The position numbers were made by a program, and so were the translations under genes. From NCBI GenBank assembly GCA_035546035.1, contig DASZXC010000003.1, forward strand, positions 479 through 64,478: 64,000 nt of DNA, read 5' to 3'. Of the stretch, positions 55,246 to 62,774 are shown in pieces; the stretch's first letter is position 1; the number at the start of each line of letters is the position of its first letter. The stretch is from Minisyncoccota bacterium (GTDB lineage Bacteria; Patescibacteriota; Minisyncoccia; Phycocordibacterales; UBA6065). The notes beneath the pieces were generated by a model that did not search any database, had not been told where the DNA came from, and saw only the letters and a program-made list of their open reading frames with translations.

Positions 55246-55911
55246 TTAGGGTCTGATCCATCCCGGCGCCGGGGCAGGGATTATCTCGCTGACGACCTTG
55301 GCGGGGTTTCCGCCCGCTATCGCGTTGTCGGGCACGTCCTTCACCGCCAGAGCCATCGCTCCGACGATGGAGTTCTCCCCGACGGTGACGCCGTGGCGGA
55401 CGAAAGCCCGGAACCCGATCCAGCAGTTCCTCTTCAGGCGGATGTTCCCTTTCTTCACCGGCGCGCCCGGGAACACGGGATGATAATCCGACGTGAAGAG
55501 CACCGATTCGTTGCCGAGCTTTGCATGAGACTCGATCACGACTTCGCAGCCGGTCTCGACGTGGATCAGAGCGCCTTGGTTGATATAGACGCCCTCGCCT
55601 ATGATCAGCCTGCCGCCTTCGTTCACGTAGAGGACGGTCCGGTCTCTCGACGAGGACCAGATGGCGCAGTTCTTCCCGAAGGAGATCGTGCCTCTGTTGC
55701 ACAGGCTCGGACAGTCGCCTTCGATGTGGGGTATGTTGTCTCGCACCCCGCGCCTGCGAAAATACAGCTCGTTTCGGAATCTCTTGCAGCGCTTCATGAC
55801 GCGCCGGGCAAATCGCTTGCCCTTCGCGAACAGGGAATCGTCTTTCATATGCGGTTTGGATGGTTGTTGTAGAGAGCGTTTATGATATAAGTATATCAAA
55901 TATATATCCAA
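55246..55911 (-). CDS. Hexapeptide-repeat (left-handed beta-helix) acyl/acetyltransferase, LacA/NodL/CysE superfamily
   Basis: 221 aa in the track. Hexapeptide repeats (IGEGVYINQGALIHVETGCEVVIESHAKLGNESV ... GENSIVGAMALAV). The likely true start is the internal MKDDSLF (about 55848). Confidence 0.65.
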   Translation of the reverse strand: MDIYLIYLYHKRSLQQPSKPHMKDDSLFAKGKRFARRVMKRCKRFRNELYFRRRGVRDNIPHIEGDCPSLCNRGTISFGKNCAIWSSSRDRTVLYVNEGGRLIIGEGVYINQGALIHVETGCEVVIESHAKLGNESVLFTSDYHPVFPGAPVKKGNIRLKRNCWIGFRAFVRHGVTVGENSIVGAMALAVKDVPDNAIAGGNPAKVVSEIIPAPAPGWIRP

Positions 55912-55981
55912 ATGTCAATGGCATTTTGGAATGTCTTAGAAAAGTCCGGTTTCTTTGTGCGAATAGGGTCTCTTTGCTAGT

Positions 55982-57451
55982 ATGGATTTCGCGATGAAGA
56001 CCTATATTCCTACGATCGGTCTCGAGATCCACGCGGAGCTCAAGACCGCGACCAAGATGTTCTGCGACTCCAAGAACGACCCGTTCAACAGCGCCCCGAA
56101 TGCGAACGTCTGTCCGATCTGTATGGGACATCCGGGCACGCTTCCGGTCATAAACAAGAAGGCGGTCGAGCACGTCCTCCGTGTCGGAGTCGCATTGGGC
56201 GCAGAGCTCGCGGACTTCACCGAATTCGACCGCAAGAACTATTTCTATCCCGATATCCCGAAGGGCTATCAGCTTTCCCAATATAAATATCCGCTCGTGA
56301 AGGGCGGCAGGCTCGGCGACGTAGAGATAACCCGCGTGCACCTGGAAGAAGACACCGCGTCGTCGGTCCATGACAGCGAGAACGGGCAGAGCGACTACTC
56401 GCTCGTGGATTTCAATCGCGCGGGCGTGCCTTTGATGGAGCTTGTCACCGAGCCGGTCATCCATTCTGCTGAAGAGGCGGGAGATTTCGGCCGCGAGCTC
56501 CAGCTTTTGCTTCGCACGCTCGGCGTATCCGAAGCGAACATGGAAAAAGGAGAGATGCGCGTCGAGGCGAACATCTCTATCGCCACGGAAGAAGACACCG
56601 CCGCGCGAAAATTCGGCACGAAAGTTGAAGTGAAGAACCTCAATTCGTTCAAAGCCGCCGAAAAAGCGATCGCGTACGAAGTCGCGCGACACATCGAGGT
56701 CATCGAATCGGGAGGCAAGATCGAGCAGGAGACCCGCGGCTGGGACGACAATAAAGGCAAGACGTTCAGCCAGCGCAAGAAAGAGGACTCTCACGACTAT
56801 CGCTATTTCCCGGATCCTGACCTGCCGAAGCTCAAGATATCGGAGATACCTGAATTTTCCCTGAAGAATCTCCGCGACACTATGCCCGAGCTGCCGTGGG
56901 AGAAGCGCGAGCGCTATGCGGCGATCGGTCTGAAGCCTACTGATATACATATATATGTGTCGTCGCCTCTCGTCGGGTCTTTCTTCGAAGCCTCTACCGT
57001 CGGTTTCGGTAAGAAAGAGGCCATTTTGACGGCCTCCAACTATATTTCCACCGATATCCTGGGCCTTATAAAGAAGAAATACGGCGAAGGTCGGGAAGAG
57101 CGAATCTCTACACTGCCGTTCGGCCCTAAAGAGTTCGCGAAACTCGTAGCTATGATCGATTCCAAGTCCGTTTCCTCGCGCGGAGCGAAAGACATCCTCG
57201 CCATCATGTTCGAAAAGGGCGGAGAGCCCGAGGCGATCGCCGCCGAAAATAATCTCGGCCAGAAATCCGACGAAGGCGCGGTAAAAAAGATCGCCGAGGA
57301 AGTGATCGCTGAAAATCCGGCTGTGGCGGAAGATTTCAAGAAGGGCAAGCAGGCATCGCTGCAGTTCCTCATCGGACAGGGTATGAAAAAATCGAAAGGA
57401 TCCGCGAATCCGGAAGTCTTGAAGAGCGCTCTCGCGTCGCTTCTCTCGTAA
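55982..57451 (+). CDS. gatB: Asp-tRNA(Asn)/Glu-tRNA(Gln) amidotransferase subunit B
   Basis: 489 aa; PTIGLEIHAEL, GatB/YqeY C-terminal domain. The true start is probably MKTYIPT at 55994. Confidence 0.9.
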   Translation: MDFAMKTYIPTIGLEIHAELKTATKMFCDSKNDPFNSAPNANVCPICMGHPGTLPVINKKAVEHVLRVGVALGAELADFTEFDRKNYFYPDIPKGYQLSQYKYPLVKGGRLGDVEITRVHLEEDTASSVHDSENGQSDYSLVDFNRAGVPLMELVTEPVIHSAEEAGDFGRELQLLLRTLGVSEANMEKGEMRVEANISIATEEDTAARKFGTKVEVKNLNSFKAAEKAIAYEVARHIEVIESGGKIEQETRGWDDNKGKTFSQRKKEDSHDYRYFPDPDLPKLKISEIPEFSLKNLRDTMPELPWEKRERYAAIGLKPTDIHIYVSSPLVGSFFEASTVGFGKKEAILTASNYISTDILGLIKKKYGEGREERISTLPFGPKEFAKLVAMIDSKSVSSRGAKDILAIMFEKGGEPEAIAAENNLGQKSDEGAVKKIAEEVIAENPAVAEDFKKGKQASLQFLIGQGMKKSKGSANPEVLKSALASLLS

Positions 57452-57468
57452 TATCGTCTTCAAATCTC

Positions 57469-57981
57469 ATGACAAGCTTTTTCATCACCATAGCGGTCGC
57501 CGTCGCGGCGATCGTCGGAGGTGTCGCACTGCGCGGGCATCCGTCGGAAAAGATCTCTTCGGCTACGACGACCGCAACGAGCACGCATGCAACCGCGCTC
57601 TCCGACGAAAGATATCCCCATGCAGAAGTGACGATAGGAGGGAAAGCGTTCGATGCTCTCGTCGCGGACACGGAGGAGCTCAAGGATCTCGGTCTCGGCG
57701 ACCGAAAAGGCCTCGAAAAAGACCAGGCAATGCTGTTTCCGTTCGACGAGCCTTCGTATCTCGGATTTTGGATGAAAGACATGCTCTTTTCGATAGACAT
57801 GTTGTGGCTCGATGCCGATCTTCGCGTCGTCTCGTTCGAGTCGAACGTCTCTCCGAAGACGTATCCGAAAGCTTTCTTTCCTCCGAAGCCTGCGCAGTAT
57901 GTGATCGAGCTCTCTGCCGGCGCTTTGTCAGAGCTTGGTGTAAAAGCCGGAGATAAAATAAATCTCTCGGCGCATCGGTAA
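57469..57981 (+). CDS. DUF192 (COG1430) domain protein with N-terminal TM anchor
   Basis: 170 aa; ADTEEL..GLGDRKGL..AMLFPF..P..FWMKDMLFSIDMLWLDADLRVV follows the DUF192 pattern. Confidence 0.65.
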   Translation: MTSFFITIAVAVAAIVGGVALRGHPSEKISSATTTATSTHATALSDERYPHAEVTIGGKAFDALVADTEELKDLGLGDRKGLEKDQAMLFPFDEPSYLGFWMKDMLFSIDMLWLDADLRVVSFESNVSPKTYPKAFFPPKPAQYVIELSAGALSELGVKAGDKINLSAHR

Positions 57982-58263
57982 TCTGTTTCCCGTCGGGAAA
58001 TGCCGAAAGTCTCTTCATTTTTTCTTGATTTTTATTTTTCTCGTTCGGCTCCCTTCCGGATTTCAAAAAGACGCCCGAGGACGGATCTTAAAATCGCACA
58101 TATTTAAGCGCTTTTACGAGCGTCCTTAAAATCTTGTTTTGACAGAGGGCGCCTGCCGTTCTCTAAGTTCTATTCCACAACTTTTCGCCTATCGGCTCGT
58201 GTAAAATAAATCAGCGTTAAATTTTTTATCAGCCATCCCTCAACCATTATCAACTTCCGCGTC

Positions 58264-61125
58264 ATGAACATCTTCATCACCAAGAGAGACGGCACGAAGC
58301 ATCTCTTCAACGCAGACAAGATCAACCGTTCGATCGAGCGCGCCGCTACAGGTCTCTCCGATCCGATATCGATGGTGACCCAGATCGCGACTGATACGCG
58401 CCTCACCATGTATGATGGCATGACTACCGAGGAATTGGACAAAGCCACTATCAACGCGGCCATCCAGAACATCCAGTACGACACCGATTTCGACAAAGTA
58501 GCGACTCGTCTCTTGCTCAAGACCGTATATAAGAAGGTCTTAGGCGACTATGACACCGAAAACGCATCTGAATTGATGGAAAAGCACCGCTCCGGCTTTC
58601 CGGAGTACGTGAAAAAAGGCGTGGCGGAGAATCGCCTCCACCCTGACATGATCGCGAAGTACGATCTCGAGAAGCTTGCCGCCGCTCTCGACATGTCGCG
58701 CGACGATCTCTTCCTCTATTCGGGCCTCGACGGTCTCATGAACCGCTACTCGATCAGGAATCTCAAGCAGGAGCCGACCGAGACCCCGCAGTATCTCTTC
58801 ATGCGCATCGGCATGGGTCTTGCTTATAACGAGGAGAACCCGACCGAATGGGCGATCAAGTTCTATGACAAGATGTCGAAGCACGAATTCATCGCCGGCG
58901 GTTCGACGAACGTTGCCGCGGGCACGAATCGCCCTTCGCTCGCGAATTGCTTCCTCCTCGAGATCCACGACGATATGTCGCATATCGCGAAGTCGGTCGC
59001 CGATGTCATGCTCCTCTCGAAAGGCTCCGGCGGCATCGGCGCGTCGATCACCAAGCTCCGCGCGTCGGGCTCGCCGCTCAAATCCAATTTCGGCGGAGCG
59101 TCTACCGGCCCGACGCCGTTCGCCAAGATCATTGATACCGCCATCCGCGCTATCCAGCGCGGCGGTAAGAAAAAGGGCGCTCTCTGTTTCTATATGGAGA
59201 ACTGGCACCTCGATTTCCCTGATTTCATAGACTGGAAGCACAATGCCGGCGACGACTATCTCCGTATGAGGACGGCCAATACGGCGGCTTTCTTGAGCGA
59301 CGAATTCATGAAGCGCGTCATTTCGGGCCAGGACTGGTATATGTTTGACCCTGCCGACGCCCCTGAATTGAACGAGCTCTACGGCGCGGCTTTCTCGGCT
59401 AAATATAAAGAATATTGCGCAAAAGCCGAGAGGGGAGAGCTCCGCATCTGGAAGAAGGTTCCTGCATCCGAGCAGTGGCGCCAGATACTGACATCTCTTC
59501 AGTCTACGTCGCACCCATGGATCACGTGGAAGGACCCTATCAACCTCCGCGCTTTGAATAACAACACCGGCACGATCCATATGTCGAACCTCTGCACGGA
59601 GATCTGCCTCCCGCAGGACAAAGACAACGTCGCCGTCTGTAACCTCATCTCCGTCAACCTCGCCGTTCACGTATCGAATAAGGAAGTCAATTGGGCGAAG
59701 CTCGAAGACTCTGTCCGCCTCGCCGTTCGCCAGCTCGACAACCTCATAGACATCAACAAGCTTCCGATCCCTGAAGCCGTCCGATCGGACAAAGAGAACC
59801 GCGCCATCGGCCTCGGCGTCATGGGTCTCGCCGACGTATTCGAGAAGCTTGGCCTCTCGTACGATTCCGAGCACGCATGGGATTTCGCCGACCGCATATT
59901 CGAATTCGTCTCATACATGGCTATAGACGAATCGACGAACCTTGCCCAAACGCGCGGCGCGTACAACAATTTCGCCGGCTCGCGATGGGCGCAGGGCATG
60001 GTGCCCGTGGACACTATTAGGGCTCTCGAAGAGGACCGCGGCCGACCGGTGACCGTGTCGAAAGAATCTCGACACAAGGGCCTCAACTGGGACCTCCTCC
60101 GACAGAAAGTTAAGCGCGGTATGCGAAACGCGACCCTCATGGCCGTCGCTCCGAATGCGAACATCGGCCTCGTCGCTGGCACGACGCCCGGCATGGACCC
60201 TCGCTTCGCGCAGGTATTCTCGCGCAATAAGATATCGGGCAAGTACATGGATATCAACCATAACCTCGTGAAGGACCTCAAGAACATGGGCATATGGGAG
60301 AAGGTCCGCAGCCAGATCATCGAAAGCCAGGGCGACATCGCCAACATCGACGGCATCCCGCAGCACATCAAAGACGTATATAAGACTTCGTTCACCACGT
60401 CGCCGCTCGCATTCATCGAAGTCGCCGCTCGCGCGCAGAAGTGGATAGACCAGGCTATCTCGCGAAACATGTATCTCGAGACCCGCGACGTTGAAGAGAC
60501 GATGAAGATATATACCGCCGCATGGGAGAAGGGAGTGAAGACCACCTATTATCTCCATATGAAGCCGCGCCATACGGCAGAGCAATCCACGGTCCGCGTG
60601 AATAAGGCCGAAGTCATGGGCAAGAAAGGCTTTGCCGCCGTCGCCTCGACGCTCTCGTCTACCGTTGCCGACAAGAAAGCCCCGTTCGAGGCCCCTCTCC
60701 AGAAATCTCTCGAAATAGTCGAGCCGGCCCCCCTTCGCACGGCAGAGCCTGTCGTCGTCATGGCTCCGCCTGCCCCGAAGGCGGCGGTGTCGTGGAGCCT
60801 TCCGAAGGCAGAGCCAGCTGCTCCGATGGCCGCTCCGGTATCGTTCGCCGCTCCGAAGCAGGTCTCGTTCGCGGCCGCTCCCGTAGCTCCGGCTCCGGCC
60901 GCCAGGGCCGAGAAGGCGGCAGAGGCCGTTTCTGCGCCCGAAACGCCCCGCGCCGCGGCCCAAGGCTACCGATCTCTCTCCGACCTTGCGGCTGCCATGC
61001 CGGCCGCTCAAGGCGAGGAGGGCTCTTCCGCAAAGGCCGCGCTGTCCTTCAAGATCGTGAATGGCCGCAGAATCTTTGCTCCTTCCGATCCTTCGGAAGA
61101 GAATCTCTGCGACAGCTGCCAGTAG
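58264..61125 (+). CDS. nrdA: Ribonucleoside-diphosphate reductase alpha subunit (class I) with ATP-cone and an extended Ala/Pro-rich C-terminal tether ending in CDSCQ
   Basis: 953 aa; N-terminal ATP-cone (IFITKRDGTKHLFNADKINRSIERA), catalytic core motifs (NLCTEI, PNANIG...), and a C-terminal Cys pair after a ~150-aa low-complexity A/P-rich segment. Confidence 0.9.
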   Translation: MNIFITKRDGTKHLFNADKINRSIERAATGLSDPISMVTQIATDTRLTMYDGMTTEELDKATINAAIQNIQYDTDFDKVATRLLLKTVYKKVLGDYDTENASELMEKHRSGFPEYVKKGVAENRLHPDMIAKYDLEKLAAALDMSRDDLFLYSGLDGLMNRYSIRNLKQEPTETPQYLFMRIGMGLAYNEENPTEWAIKFYDKMSKHEFIAGGSTNVAAGTNRPSLANCFLLEIHDDMSHIAKSVADVMLLSKGSGGIGASITKLRASGSPLKSNFGGASTGPTPFAKIIDTAIRAIQRGGKKKGALCFYMENWHLDFPDFIDWKHNAGDDYLRMRTANTAAFLSDEFMKRVISGQDWYMFDPADAPELNELYGAAFSAKYKEYCAKAERGELRIWKKVPASEQWRQILTSLQSTSHPWITWKDPINLRALNNNTGTIHMSNLCTEICLPQDKDNVAVCNLISVNLAVHVSNKEVNWAKLEDSVRLAVRQLDNLIDINKLPIPEAVRSDKENRAIGLGVMGLADVFEKLGLSYDSEHAWDFADRIFEFVSYMAIDESTNLAQTRGAYNNFAGSRWAQGMVPVDTIRALEEDRGRPVTVSKESRHKGLNWDLLRQKVKRGMRNATLMAVAPNANIGLVAGTTPGMDPRFAQVFSRNKISGKYMDINHNLVKDLKNMGIWEKVRSQIIESQGDIANIDGIPQHIKDVYKTSFTTSPLAFIEVAARAQKWIDQAISRNMYLETRDVEETMKIYTAAWEKGVKTTYYLHMKPRHTAEQSTVRVNKAEVMGKKGFAAVASTLSSTVADKKAPFEAPLQKSLEIVEPAPLRTAEPVVVMAPPAPKAAVSWSLPKAEPAAPMAAPVSFAAPKQVSFAAAPVAPAPAARAEKAAEAVSAPETPRAAAQGYRSLSDLAAAMPAAQGEEGSSAKAALSFKIVNGRRIFAPSDPSEENLCDSCQ

Positions 61126-61134
61126 CCGGTCCGT

Positions 61135-61228
61135 AAAAGCCCTTTTCCAAACGCACGCGGTTTCTTTGCTAAGAAATTGCTCGTGTTCGTGCCAGTCGCG
61201 CTCGCATGGCGTTTGGAAAAGGGCTTTT
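61135..61228 (+). promoter_or_regulatory. Intercistronic stem-loop between nrdA and nrdB (20-bp perfect stem aaaagcccttttccaaacgc / gcgtttggaaaagggctttt, ~54-nt loop)
   Basis: Perfect 20-nt inverted repeat read from the sequence; no T-run follows, so it is more likely a processing/stability or coupling element than a terminator. Confidence 0.5.
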
Positions 61229-61297
61229 GCTTCCCTTACGAGGAGTCCTGGTTTATTATTAGGCCCGTCAATTAGATTCCCTTAATCACTTACCATC

Positions 61298-62281
61298 ATG
61301 GCACTTATCGGAAAAGCATCGCCGGAGGACGTGAACCTGCATCCGCTCCGCTACAAATGGGCGTACGACCTCTATAACCAGGCAGTCCGTAACACCTGGT
61401 TCCCGCACGAGATAGCTCTTAAGGAAGACCTCGACGACTGGGCGAAGATGACCGAAGACGAGAGGCATGCAGTCAAATTCCTCATGGCGTTCTTCAACCC
61501 TGCGGAACTGATCGTGAATCGCTCGATCGCTCTCGGCATCTATCCCTACCTCAAGTCTCCTGAATGCCATCTTTATCTGGCAAAGCAGATGTGGGAGGAG
61601 GCGAACCACTGCGTGGCGTTCGAGTACGTGCTCGAAACGTTCCCGTTCGATAGGGAGAAAATCTACAACGTCCATCTCGAAGTGCCTTCGATGCAGGCGA
61701 AAGAAGCCTTCATCACCAAGTATATGAAGCGTATGATGGACGAGACGCTCGATATCTCGACGCCTGACGGCAAGAAAGACTTCATCAGGAACCTCGTCGC
61801 GACGAATATCGTGATGGAAGGCATCTGGTTCTATTCAGGCTTTATGGTGGCACTGTCATTTAGGCAGAGAAACCAGCTCCGAAACTTCGGCTCTATGATC
61901 AACTGGGTCATCCGCGACGAATCGCTGCACCTCAAGTTCGGCATGAACCTCGTGCATCATATCCTCGAAGAGAACGCCGAGCTTTTGACCGAGGAATTCG
62001 CGACCGAGATCCGCGACATCATCATCGAAGGCGTGAACCTCGAAGTCAATTACAACAAGGATCTCTTCCCGAACGGCATCCTCGGCCTCAACGCCGACTA
62101 CGTGAACCAGTACGTCATGTACGTCTGCGACCGGCGCCTCGAAGAGCTCGGCTTGCCGAAGTATTACAACGCTACGAACCCTGCCAAGTGGATGGCGACG
62201 TCGACCGACGTATTCGAGCTCGTGAACTTCTTCGAAGCTCAGAACACGAACTACGAAGTGGACTCGGGGCACAAGAAATAG
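61298..62281 (+). CDS. nrdB: Ribonucleoside-diphosphate reductase beta subunit (ferritin-like di-metal R2)
   Basis: 327 aa; ExxH motifs (EEANH ... RDESLH); Phe at H+4 of the first ExxH, where class Ia has the radical Tyr. Confidence 0.9.
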   Translation: MALIGKASPEDVNLHPLRYKWAYDLYNQAVRNTWFPHEIALKEDLDDWAKMTEDERHAVKFLMAFFNPAELIVNRSIALGIYPYLKSPECHLYLAKQMWEEANHCVAFEYVLETFPFDREKIYNVHLEVPSMQAKEAFITKYMKRMMDETLDISTPDGKKDFIRNLVATNIVMEGIWFYSGFMVALSFRQRNQLRNFGSMINWVIRDESLHLKFGMNLVHHILEENAELLTEEFATEIRDIIIEGVNLEVNYNKDLFPNGILGLNADYVNQYVMYVCDRRLEELGLPKYYNATNPAKWMATSTDVFELVNFFEAQNTNYEVDSGHKK

Positions 62282-62303
62282 GGCGGAGCTCGATACGAGC
62301 AAA

Positions 62304-62335
62304 AGAAAAATCCCGCCTGTAGGCGGGATTTTCCA
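62304..62335. terminator. Bidirectional intrinsic terminator shared by nrdB (+) and rnpB (-): gaaaaatcccgcctgtaggcgggattttcc
   Basis: Palindrome cccgcc-tgta-ggcggg flanked by an A-run and a T-run in both orientations. Confidence 0.8.
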
Positions 62336-62336
62336 T

Positions 62337-62631
62337 GCTGCTGTACCTATAAGCCGAATTCTGTTGTCGACGGCCATTTATCTGGGACCGATGTCGCCAT
62401 CGGCCTCAAGCGGCTCTCCGGTCTTGCGACCGGCGCGGCCTTGCACATAGGTAAGAATTTTGCCGTTTCACCCCGGCCAGTCTATTCGACCGGCCGGACT
62501 CGTCTCTGTTCGCATCTCTAGGATTACTCCCGGCGGGCGTTACCCGCTACCGTGCTCCGCCTTGCGACGGATGTGTTCGGACTTTCCTCTAGGATGCCTA
62601 AGCCCCCTAGCGGCCGTCCGGTACAGGCCAA
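62337..62631 (-). ncRNA. rnpB: RNase P RNA (bacterial type A, reduced size ~295 nt)
   Basis: Reverse complement reads GGCCUGUACCGG...GAGGAAAGUCCGAACAC (P4 5' strand), ...GCGGGUAACGCCCGCC..., ...GGGGUGAAACGGC..., ...GCUUGAGGCC...CAGAUAAAUGGCCGUCGACAACAGAAUUCGGCUUAUAGGUACAG (P4 3' strand, ACAGAAuuCGGCUUAU). The 5' CUGUACC pairs with the 3' GGUACAG to form P1. A promoter (TTGGCT-17-TATAAT) lies just upstream on the minus strand. Confidence 0.75.
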
Positions 62632-62637
62632 CAAATT

Positions 62638-62672
62638 ATACACTGATTATGCCCAAAAGCCAAGCCCTGTAA
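62638..62672 (-). promoter_or_regulatory. Sigma70-like promoter for rnpB (-35 TTGGCT, 17-nt spacer, extended -10 TGTATAAT)
   Basis: Reverse complement of 62632-62672 is TTGGCTTTTGGGCATAATCAGTGTATAATTTGTTG; the -10 ends about 7 nt before the P1 5' strand. Confidence 0.45.
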
Positions 62673-62675
62673 GCG

Positions 62676-62704
62676 TTGTAGGGCAGAAAGCGATTTTATA
62701 TAAT
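62676..62704 (+). promoter_or_regulatory. Sigma70-like promoter for the downstream membrane-protein gene (-35 TTGTAG, 17-nt spacer, -10 TATAAT)
   Basis: ttgtag-ggcagaaagcgatttta-tataat read from the sequence, ~70 nt upstream of the ATG at 62775, back-to-back with the rnpB promoter. Confidence 0.35.
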
Positions 62705-62774
62705 GAACCTCGCATCAAAGGCTTTTCGGCCGTTTTGCCGGCATTATCCGATCATTTTCATTGAGACAAAGACT

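Noticed and set aside
57982-58263. NrdR boxes or a cobalamin riboswitch upstream of nrdA
   Set aside because: Only single half-site-like fragments (CACATATTT, CCACAAC) and no paired 16-bp palindromes at NrdR spacing. Class I RNR does not use B12, and no riboswitch motifs were seen.
59667-61011. Minus-strand ORFs of 292 and 366 aa inside nrdA
   Set aside because: Antisense to the unambiguous NrdA coding sequence.
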